Shown piece by piece: positions 25,348 through 32,000 of a stretch of DNA of 32,000 bases. A program made the position numbers and the translations under genes. Positions within the stretch are counted from its first letter, which is position 1; every line of letters begins with the position of its first letter. Below the pieces are notes generated by a model. It was not told the DNA's origin. It saw only the letters and a program-made list of their open reading frames with translations, and did not search any database. Origin of the DNA: Candidatus Saccharimonadota bacterium. Lineage in GTDB: Bacteria > Patescibacteriota > Patescibacteriia > 2-12-FULL-60-25. The stretch spans positions 1-32,000 of the forward strand of contig OY970357.1 of the NCBI GenBank assembly GCA_963718585.1. Reading direction: 5' to 3'.

Positions 25348-25380
25348 AACGTCACCCAATCATCGGGTGGCGTTTTGTAT
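25348..25380 (+). terminator. Rho-independent terminator after tRNA-Ala
   Basis: acgtcaccc aatcatc gggtggcgt tttgtat (9-bp stem with one G-U pair). Confidence 0.7.
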
Positions 25381-25385
25381 ATTGA

Positions 25386-25530
25386 GGGATCTATCGGATT
25401 CGAACGGGAAAGGGGTGGGAAACGGAAGTTTCCCGCAAACGGAGGAGGGGGCACGGGAACCCGAAGGTTCCCGTGAGCGCAGACCGAGTGCGAGCGAGGT
25501 CGAGCAGTGAGATCCCGATAGGGTCCACCA
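25386..25530 (+). other. 145-nt hairpin-rich element ending in a copy of the tRNA-Ala acceptor 3' strand plus ACCA; tmRNA-like 5' motif; nature unresolved
   Basis: 5' GGGATCTATCGGATTCGAACGGGAA, then hairpins gggaaac-GGAA-gtttccc (25417-25434) and cacgggaacc-CGAA-ggttcccgtg (25452-25475), then 3' CCGATAGGGTCCACCA. It is followed by its own terminator. Confidence 0.35.
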
Positions 25531-25538
25531 TATATAAG

Positions 25539-25562
25539 GCCCCGTTCATGCGGGGCGTTTTT
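25539..25562. terminator. Rho-independent terminator (serves the + element; also lies just past the stop of the convergent minus-strand gene)
   Basis: gccccg ttcatg cggggc g ttttt. Confidence 0.7.
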
Positions 25563-25564
25563 GT

Positions 25565-26134
25565 TCAGGCGGCTGTTGACGGATGGTCTGTATCTTTCTT
25601 CGGCGGTTGTTTTTGCAGGTCTTCGAGGCGGAACATCGCGGGTCCCGTCTCTGGCGTCTCGCCGGCGCCGGAAACGTTCCTGAACGATGTTTCGCTCTTG
25701 CGGCCCGTTGTGATCTCCTCCGGTGTGCTTGCCGTGCCTCCGAGCTCGCGTCTATCCGTTCCAAACCCTTTGCGCTGGGTCTCAAGGATACGGCCGTGGG
25801 TCTGAAGGTTCCGTGCATCTTCGCCCGTGATGGTCACGCGGCGCGTTCCGGTCTTTTCTTGGATCCCGGCGATACCGAGCGCTCGACGGATCTCATCGAC
25901 TTTGGAGGAATCTTCCGCCATCGCCATCTGTTTTCGTTCTTCGAAGGCTTTTGCACGTTTCACGGATTCCATGACGCGGTGGCGGTGCTCGATCTCCTCC
26001 GCTTTTTGTCGCCGCGCAGCGGATTCCTTGTCTTCCGCAGCTTTTGTCTCCAATGCGCCAGCCTCCATGCTTCCGAGGGCGGACTCGAGTTCTTCATCGC
26101 TTGCACTCTTGAGCGGATTCTCAAACTTCGCCAT
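25565..26134 (-). CDS. Hypothetical charged (Glu/Lys/Arg-rich), probably disordered or coiled-coil protein
   Basis: 189-codon ORF filling the gap between flanking features. The 317-codon + strand ORF across it runs antisense to this gene and to the dehydrogenase. Confidence 0.55.
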   Translation of the reverse strand: MAKFENPLKSASDEELESALGSMEAGALETKAAEDKESAARRQKAEEIEHRHRVMESVKRAKAFEERKQMAMAEDSSKVDEIRRALGIAGIQEKTGTRRVTITGEDARNLQTHGRILETQRKGFGTDRRELGGTASTPEEITTGRKSETSFRNVSGAGETPETGPAMFRLEDLQKQPPKKDTDHPSTAA

Positions 26135-26143
26135 ATAAGGCCA

Positions 26144-26172
26144 AGATTAGCCTATTTTAGCGAAAAAGTCAA
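26144..26172 (-). promoter_or_regulatory. Candidate promoter TTGACT-17-TAATCT placed 9 nt upstream of ATG 26134 (near-leaderless transcript)
   Basis: The minus strand reads TTGACTttttcgctaaaataggcTAATCTtggccttatATG. Confidence 0.4.
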
Positions 26173-26173
26173 G

Positions 26174-27166
26174 CTATCTCGCCGGGTTGAGAGGCTGTTT
26201 TCCGGCCAAGACCGCGAGGAGATTGTCGACCGCGACGTTCCCCATGGCCTCGCGGGCTTCGCGCGTGGCGCTACCGATATGTGGTGTCAGGATGACGTTG
26301 TCGAATCGTTTCAGTTCCAAGTTGTCGGAGATGTCACAATCGATCGCGGGTTCGCATTCGAAGACATCGAGTCCGGCGCCTCCGATCCGTTTTGCCGTGA
26401 GCGCCTGCAAGAGGGCTTTTTCATGGACGACCGGTCCACGTGCCGTGTTGATGAGGTATGCGGTCTTCTTCATTCGTTTGAGCGCATCGGTCGAGATGAG
26501 ATGACGCGTCGAGGGAAGGAGGGGGACATGGAGTGAGACGAAGTCGGATGTCGCGAGAAGTCTCTTCAATGGGAGCTTCTTGGCGTGGTACGTCTTTTCG
26601 ATCTCTGGATTTCGGTGCATATCGGTGTAGACAAGCTTCATGCCGAAGCCGGTGCACCCGCGACGAGCGACGGCAGAGCCGATCCGCCCTGCGCCGACGA
26701 TCCCAAGCGTCTTGCCATAGAGGTCGCGTCCCATCATAAGGGTCGGATTCCATCCCTTATATTTTTCCGCCTTCGCATAGCTGTCTGCCTCGGAGATGCG
26801 GCGGGTGAGCGAAAGCATGAGCGCAAATGCATGCTCAGCCACGGCTTCGTTGACCGCGTCGCTCGGCGTGTTCGTGACGACGATCCCGCGTTCCTTGGCT
26901 GCCCCCCGATCGATATTATCGAAACCGACGGCATAGTTCGCGACGATCTTGAGCTGGGGACCTGCGGCATCCAGGACCTGCGCATCGATCCGTTCGGTCA
27001 GGAGACAGAAGATCGCATCTGCGCCTTTGACGCGTTTCAAGAGTTCTTTTCGCGGGATCCCGTAGGTTTTGGGATACATCTTGATCCGATACTTGGACTT
27101 CTTCAGTCGTGCAAGCGCTTCGTCTGCGAACCCTTTGGGATTGAATGTGATGGCAATGGTCTTCAT
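26174..27166 (-). CDS. D-isomer-specific 2-hydroxyacid dehydrogenase (glyoxylate/hydroxypyruvate reductase-like)
   Basis: NAD-binding motif GKTLGIVGAGRIGSAVARR, then NTARGPVVHEKALLQAL and GAGLDVFECEP. Confidence 0.9.
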   Translation of the reverse strand: MKTIAITFNPKGFADEALARLKKSKYRIKMYPKTYGIPRKELLKRVKGADAIFCLLTERIDAQVLDAAGPQLKIVANYAVGFDNIDRGAAKERGIVVTNTPSDAVNEAVAEHAFALMLSLTRRISEADSYAKAEKYKGWNPTLMMGRDLYGKTLGIVGAGRIGSAVARRGCTGFGMKLVYTDMHRNPEIEKTYHAKKLPLKRLLATSDFVSLHVPLLPSTRHLISTDALKRMKKTAYLINTARGPVVHEKALLQALTAKRIGGAGLDVFECEPAIDCDISDNLELKRFDNVILTPHIGSATREAREAMGNVAVDNLLAVLAGKQPLNPAR

Positions 27167-27214
27167 AGGTTGTTGGATGGGATCGTGTAGGATCCGTTCT
27201 TGGATACGTTCGTC

Positions 27215-28213
27215 TTAGCGCATGTGACGGATCTTGATGCGGTTCCGCTGACGCGTCGTCGGGTATGTGTCGAGGATGCCGGCCTTCGCCCCCATATGTG
27301 TGATGACCCCGAGGGCATTCAGGGTGCCGTTCTGCAGTGCGTGTGAGATCTCATCCCCTTTGATGAGGGCTGCGACGAGTCCGCTGCCAAAGGCGTCGCC
27401 AGCACCGGTCGTATTGATGGCCTTCACCTTGGGGGTCGGGGCGTACCAGGTCATTCCCCGCGCGTGGGCATAAGCGCCGTGCTTTCCGTCGGTCACGATG
27501 AGCGCCAAGCGTGGCAGGGCGCCGAGTGATCTGATGATCCCGGCAAGATCGCGCGGTGTCGTATTCGCGAGGGCTGCCGCTTCCTCTCGGTTGAGGATCA
27601 GGACGTCGGTCTGCATGAGGGAGGAGAGGAGTCTTTTTCTGCCCAAGGCGATCTCTTTGCCCCCGGGATTCCAAGCGACCTTGGTCAATGTCTTCTTTGC
27701 ATGCGCGAAGACGCCCGTAAGCGCTGAGCGGTTGCCGCCGAGGCTCGTCAGATAGATCCAGCGGCTCGAAAGCGTGGTCCAGGGGATCCGTTTTGGATCG
27801 ATGTCGTTCGATGCGCCGCGATGGACGAGGATGCTTCGACTGCCGGTCCCCGCGAGAAGGATGATGGAATAGGCCGTATGGCGTTCCGGATCCGTCTGGA
27901 TGCCGCGCTCGTCGATCCGTTCAGCTTTGAGTTTCTTGCGGACCTCGTCAGCACCCGCATCCTTGCCGACGCGGCCGATGCAGGCCGTCTTGAGATGGAG
28001 TCGGGCGAAGGTGACGGCAGCATTGGTCGCCCCACCACCGGTCTCGAAGACGATGTCGTCCACGGGGATCTTCGCCCCCATGGGGAGGCAGGCGTCCCAT
28101 CCGTCTGGGGCGCTGCTTGACGGCATCCGCTCGAAATGGGAACTGCGGACAAAGACATCGCGGGTCGCGGCGCCGACCGTGACCACGTCGAAGATGCGTC
28201 TGGCTTGTTTCAT
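27215..28213 (-). CDS. PfkB-family carbohydrate kinase (ribokinase-like)
   Basis: N-terminal VVTVGAATRDVFV, GGGATNAAVTFARL, and the C-terminal signature NTTGAGDAFGSGLVAAL. Confidence 0.9.
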   Translation of the reverse strand: MKQARRIFDVVTVGAATRDVFVRSSHFERMPSSSAPDGWDACLPMGAKIPVDDIVFETGGGATNAAVTFARLHLKTACIGRVGKDAGADEVRKKLKAERIDERGIQTDPERHTAYSIILLAGTGSRSILVHRGASNDIDPKRIPWTTLSSRWIYLTSLGGNRSALTGVFAHAKKTLTKVAWNPGGKEIALGRKRLLSSLMQTDVLILNREEAAALANTTPRDLAGIIRSLGALPRLALIVTDGKHGAYAHARGMTWYAPTPKVKAINTTGAGDAFGSGLVAALIKGDEISHALQNGTLNALGVITHMGAKAGILDTYPTTRQRNRIKIRHMR

Positions 28214-28227
28214 GCGCGTATTTTACC

Positions 28228-29922
28228 ATGTTTTCTAATATGAAGCGCTTCATCTTTCCCTTGGCCATGGTCGCGATCCTCGCGGCCGCGCCGGTCTCTG
28301 CCGCCGAGATCATCCATTCGTTCGCCGTGACCGCAACACCGATGGCAGGAAGTCGGAATCTCACGTTTCAGGAGAACATCCAGTATGATTTCGGCGACAC
28401 GGAACGTCATGGGATCTATCGGGACATCCCGGAAACGCATGTCCGCGACAACGCGACCTATGATTATCGTCTGCATCCGGTCGCGGTGACGCGTGATGGG
28501 TCATCGGAGAAGTACACGACCTCGCATAGCAACGGGAACTTGGAGTTGAAGATCGGCAATGCGGATCAGACCATCAACGGGGCGCATGCGTATGCCATCC
28601 GTTATGAGACCGATCGGGCATATACCTTCTTTCCGGATCACGATGAACTGTACTGGAACGTGACGGGGAATGAATGGAACGTGGCCATCGAGCAAGCGCA
28701 ATTCACCTATCCGCTGCCTGCGGGGACGGACATCGCACAGGTCAATGTCGTTTGCTATACGGGCGAGACCGGATCGCAAGCCGCGGATTGCACGACGGCA
28801 AAGACGAACGGAGCCGTGGTCGTCACCGCCACCCGCGTGCTTGAGCCGAACGAAGGGATGACGGTCGTGATCGGGCTGCCGAAAGGGGTGATCCCAGAAC
28901 CCACACAGACGGATCGGATCTGGATGATCGTGCAGGACAACGGCGTTCTCGCATTCCCGTTGCTCGCACTCATCCTCATGGGCGCGTTGTGGTGGACGCG
29001 AGGGCGTGATCCACAGAAACGGACCGTGGTGCCGGAGTACGAACCGCCGAAGGATCTCACACCGGCGCTTGCCGCTGCGACCATGGAGAGCAGCGGAACC
29101 CCACCGGCCCGCGCCGTGACCGCGACGATCATCGATATGGCGCGACGCGGATATCTGAAGATCCGGTTCGGGGAGAAGAAGCACCTCATCGGCAAAGAAC
29201 AGACCTACACCTTCGTGAAGGCGAAGCCGGCCGATGGTCTGGCGGATTACGAACGGGAGATCTATGACGGTCTCTTTGCGGCCGAGGATGAGATGACGCT
29301 GGAGGAGCTGAAGAAGACGACGTTCTATACGAGCATCCAGTCATTCCGTACGAAGATCCGCAAGGAGCTGACCACGCGCGGGATCTATGCAGGGGATCCG
29401 CAGAAGGTCCGCGCGACCTACATCGTCATCGGTATCGTCGTCATATGGGGAGGGATCTCGTTTTTGGGTGACACGGGCCTCGGGGTGGCCAGCACGATCA
29501 TCACCGGATTGATCGTGATCGCATTCGGAATGCTCATGACCAAGCGGACCCCCGAAGGGGTCAAGGTCCTTTCTGACCTGATGGGATTCAAATGGTTCTT
29601 GAGTGTGACGGAAAAGGACCGATTCGATTTCCATAACGCGCCGGAGCGCACGCCGGAACAGTTCATGGAATTCCTGCCATATGCGATCGCCTTCGGCGTG
29701 GAAAAGAAGTGGGCCGAGCAGTTCGCATCCATTCCCATGGATCCGCCGGCATGGGCAGAAGGTGCTTCAGCCGGGAGCTGGAGCGCGGTGGGGTTCTCCT
29801 CCGCGGTCTCAAGCATGAACACAGCCGCGACCTCCATGAGTTCCGCGGGAAGCGGGGGATCTGGATTCTCGGGTGGGGGATCCGGCGGAGGTGGCGGAGG
29901 CGGCGGTGGTGGGAGTTGGTAA
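28228..29922 (+). CDS. DUF2207-family membrane protein
   Basis: Signal-peptide-like start (the true start may be Met at 28240: MKRFIFPLAMVAILAAAPVSA), N-terminal beta-rich domain, several TM helices, and a C-terminal poly-Gly tail ending GGGGGGGGGGSW typical of the family. Confidence 0.8.
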   Translation: MFSNMKRFIFPLAMVAILAAAPVSAAEIIHSFAVTATPMAGSRNLTFQENIQYDFGDTERHGIYRDIPETHVRDNATYDYRLHPVAVTRDGSSEKYTTSHSNGNLELKIGNADQTINGAHAYAIRYETDRAYTFFPDHDELYWNVTGNEWNVAIEQAQFTYPLPAGTDIAQVNVVCYTGETGSQAADCTTAKTNGAVVVTATRVLEPNEGMTVVIGLPKGVIPEPTQTDRIWMIVQDNGVLAFPLLALILMGALWWTRGRDPQKRTVVPEYEPPKDLTPALAAATMESSGTPPARAVTATIIDMARRGYLKIRFGEKKHLIGKEQTYTFVKAKPADGLADYEREIYDGLFAAEDEMTLEELKKTTFYTSIQSFRTKIRKELTTRGIYAGDPQKVRATYIVIGIVVIWGGISFLGDTGLGVASTIITGLIVIAFGMLMTKRTPEGVKVLSDLMGFKWFLSVTEKDRFDFHNAPERTPEQFMEFLPYAIAFGVEKKWAEQFASIPMDPPAWAEGASAGSWSAVGFSSAVSSMNTAATSMSSAGSGGSGFSGGGSGGGGGGGGGGSW

Positions 29923-29926
29923 GACG

Positions 29927-29960
29927 AAACGGTCCGTCCCCGTAGGGGAGGACCGTTTTT
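29927..29960 (+). terminator. Rho-independent terminator
   Basis: aaacggtccgtcccc gta ggggaggaccgttttt. Confidence 0.85.
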
Positions 29961-30032
29961 GTGTATATAAAACGCCCCCGAGAGTTCGGGGGCGAAGGAG
30001 GGCGAGGAGCGCGTGCTCCTCAAGGGGCGTGG

Positions 30033-30764
30033 TCAGGCTTCGGATGCCTGTTTGGGAAGGTGCGCTTCGAGTTTGCGGGCCGCTTGGAGCAGCTTCTTCT
30101 TTTTGCTCTGCCGCAGCTCGGTGCAGAGGACGTTCCGCAGAGATGCGAAATCGCCGTTGCGTAGAGCTTCATTGATCGCATAGCTCTTGGGATCGAGCGC
30201 ATGGAGGATCTGCACGATCGCGGCCCGGGTCCGCTGTTCGTCCTCCGGCCACTTCCGGTGGACCACGATCTCGTCGACGGCCTGGATGGTGTCGTTGGTG
30301 AGATCATCGTTGTCCGGGATCGTGAGGCCGTACTGGTCATCGAGCTTGAGGCGGATCTGGATGATCAGGAGCGAGGACGTCGCCGTCGCACCAGGCGGCG
30401 GGATGCTCGCGGACTTGCCGCGGGCCTTGTCGAACTCATCGGCCGAGATGGAGGGCGGTTCGCGCTCTCCGATGATGGCCGAGTCCCGTCCTTCGAGGAG
30501 CTCGTCGTCACCGACCTCGATCGGATCATCGTCGAAGAGGTCGTCGATGGCCGCCGCCTCTTCCGGTGGGAGTGATCCGGTCTGGACTTCGATCTCGGCG
30601 CCGTCGTCGGAGGAGGAGTTGTCATGTGATGACAACGGCTCCGTATCCGGCGCTGTTGCGTCGGCTTCACCAGACGGGGGCGGCGAACGGGTGGGACGAG
30701 AGTCATCCCAGTCCTCGTCGACCGGAGCGTCTGCTTCGGCTTCAGGGATATGGGCGCTCAACAT
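30033..30764 (-). CDS. Acidic hypothetical protein (disordered Asp/Glu/Pro-rich N-terminal half, folded C-terminal ~110 aa)
   Basis: 243-codon ORF. No family recognised and no SD before ATG 30764. Confidence 0.55.
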   Translation of the reverse strand: MLSAHIPEAEADAPVDEDWDDSRPTRSPPPSGEADATAPDTEPLSSHDNSSSDDGAEIEVQTGSLPPEEAAAIDDLFDDDPIEVGDDELLEGRDSAIIGEREPPSISADEFDKARGKSASIPPPGATATSSLLIIQIRLKLDDQYGLTIPDNDDLTNDTIQAVDEIVVHRKWPEDEQRTRAAIVQILHALDPKSYAINEALRNGDFASLRNVLCTELRQSKKKKLLQAARKLEAHLPKQASEA

Positions 30765-30814
30765 CGGTGGAGGTGTGGCCTGCTCGGCCGTCTCTTCCGA
30801 CGATGCCGGCGCCC

Positions 30815-31699
30815 CTAGGCTTTTGGGCCTTCGTCCTCCGCTCCGTCGATCACATCGGAGACCTCGGTGCTTTCGGGGGCCTCCTCGACCGTGATCTCCT
30901 CGACCACCTCTTCGAGCTCGAGCGGGCGTTCGAAGCCCATCTTCTTCGCAGCGACCTCGATGAGGTTCTTGAAGTTGACGAGAGGGATGTGCGTCACGAT
31001 CTTGGACACCGTGACGATCTCCACCTCGTGCTTCGCTGAGAAGCGTTCACCCGGCTTCGCCTTCTCGAGCTCCAACCGGGCCTTGTCGACCGCGGCGCGG
31101 ACTTCAAGCGGGATCTTCGCTTGCCAGAGCTCGTAGTCGAGCGCGGTGCGGAGGTCCCAGTGCGTGATGATGGGCTGAAGCTTCTTGTTGTCGAAGTCGC
31201 GATCGCTTCGCAAACACGAGTTGAGGAACTTCTCCATGACCAGTCGGTGTTCTTCGGTGTCCTGGTCGAGCGGAAGCGCGTCCATCGCGCTGAAGAACAG
31301 GTTGGCGGCATCGCCATACAGGACAAGTTCTTCGGCCTTGAAGGCCACCTCGAACTCGGCGGACGTCCGATCCTCTTCGAGGACCTCGTCGAGGAGGGAC
31401 GCCTGCATGTCCGGAGCCATGCGACGGGCTGCCTTGGGAAGGAGTCCGGTCAGCTCCGTGACGATCCGTTGCCGGATGTCGGGACGCTGCTCGAGCATGC
31501 GCATGCGGTCCGTGGCGGTCAGCGCCTCGCGGCGTTGTTCCGGGGTCCACCAGGGGAGGTCGAGCTCGCGGAGCTCCTTGAGGAGTTCTGCGAGGATCTG
31601 CAGCGCCGGGCTCTTGCCCAGCGCGATATCTGCCTCGTGGTCGAGGACATCGTCTTCGACGTCGGGGTCTTTGTGAACGAGCGCTGAAATTGGGACCAT
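30815..31699 (-). CDS. Hypothetical protein (helical, acidic C-terminus)
   Basis: Start chosen at ATG 31699 (MVPISALVHKD), preceded by the SD AAAGGAGGG; the ORF-track Met at 31735 has none. No family recognised. Confidence 0.6.
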   Translation of the reverse strand: MVPISALVHKDPDVEDDVLDHEADIALGKSPALQILAELLKELRELDLPWWTPEQRREALTATDRMRMLEQRPDIRQRIVTELTGLLPKAARRMAPDMQASLLDEVLEEDRTSAEFEVAFKAEELVLYGDAANLFFSAMDALPLDQDTEEHRLVMEKFLNSCLRSDRDFDNKKLQPIITHWDLRTALDYELWQAKIPLEVRAAVDKARLELEKAKPGERFSAKHEVEIVTVSKIVTHIPLVNFKNLIEVAAKKMGFERPLELEEVVEEITVEEAPESTEVSDVIDGAEDEGPKA

Positions 31700-31773
31700 T
31701 TGCCCTCCTTTGTTGGTAAAATGGCAGTCAGACATTTGCAGATATCTGCGCTTTTGTCAAGTGTGACAAGGCC

Positions 31774-31799
31774 AAAAAACCCTCCGCTCGGAGGGTTTT
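31774..31799 (-). terminator. Rho-independent terminator after the aldolase gene
   Basis: The minus strand reads aaaaccctccg agc ggagggtttttt. Confidence 0.8.
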
Positions 31800-31819
31800 C
31801 ACGGTGTCTTTCGGATGTG

Positions 31820-32000
31820 TTAGGCGCGCCCTGCACTCTTGAAGAGCTTCATCTTTCGCATGGCCACTTCGCGCATGAGGAGATTACCCGGTTCGAGCAG
31901 CTTCCGTGGGTCGATGACCTTCGGCAGATCATGGACCGCTTCCCGGACGCCCGCCGTGAAGGCGAGACGGAGATCCGTGTCGATGTTGATCTTGGACACG
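31820..32000 (-). CDS. fba: Class II fructose-bisphosphate aldolase, C-terminal 59 codons (gene continues beyond the right edge)
   Basis: My translation of the minus strand gives VSKINIDTDLRLAFTAGVREAVHDLPKVIDPRKLLEPGNLLMREVAMRKMKLFKSAGRA* (stop TAA 31820-31822). It matches the conserved KINxDTDLRLA...DPRK...GS(A)GKA C-terminus of class II aldolases. It is absent from the ORF track because no Met start lies in the window. Confidence 0.8.
   Translation of the reverse strand, partial: VSKINIDTDLRLAFTAGVREAVHDLPKVIDPRKLLEPGNLLMREVAMRKMKLFKSAGRA

Larger units (their letters stand above)
25327..25532. repeat. 18-bp perfect direct repeat of the tRNA-Ala 3' end (25327-25344 and 25515-25532), plus an inverted partial copy at 25386-25405
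   Basis: CCGATAGGGTCCACCATA occurs twice. The reverse complement of 25386-25405 is GTTCGAATCCGATAGATCCC, compared with the tRNA sequence GTTCGAATCCGATAGGGTCC. Confidence 0.9.

Noticed and set aside
25583-27190. + strand ORFs 25583..26536 (317 aa) and 26585..27190 (201 aa).
   Set aside because: They are antisense to the charged hypothetical gene and to the well-supported 2-hydroxyacid dehydrogenase gene, and their sequence is not protein-like.

Overview
Moderately GC-rich bacterial chromosomal window. The gene content (endonuclease Q, small RRM protein, LytR_C protein, TrmB regulator, DUF2207 protein, giant Thr/Asn-rich surface protein, compact operons) resembles a Patescibacteria/CPR-type genome, but that is inference only. 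The left half (1-15244, + strand) is one continuous fibre/adhesin-like coding region that enters from the left edge. It contains three almost identical in-frame 1335-bp tandem repeats plus diverged copies. Downstream of 8865 it is broken by about eight single-base frame disruptions into five ORF pieces, one of which cuts through a 7-bladed propeller-like repeat domain. The right half carries compact housekeeping genes: LytR_C protein, endonuclease Q, a 58-aa histone-H1-like protein, an RRM protein, and a minus-strand operon of MutY-like glycosylase, membrane protein, NUDIX hydrolase and CCA-adding enzyme. It also carries a TrmB regulator, a 2-hydroxyacid dehydrogenase, a PfkB kinase, a DUF2207 protein, two acidic hypothetical proteins and a partial class II aldolase. 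There are two tRNAs (Cys-GCA on the minus strand, Ala-UGC on the plus strand). An ORF-poor gap of about 1.1 kb (22832-23914) holds two candidate ncRNAs bounded by promoters and terminators, neither of which I could assign to a known family. An 18-bp duplication of the tRNA-Ala 3' end encloses a 145-nt hairpin-rich element with a tmRNA-like 5' motif. No CRISPR array, transposase, integrase or recognisable defence genes were seen.
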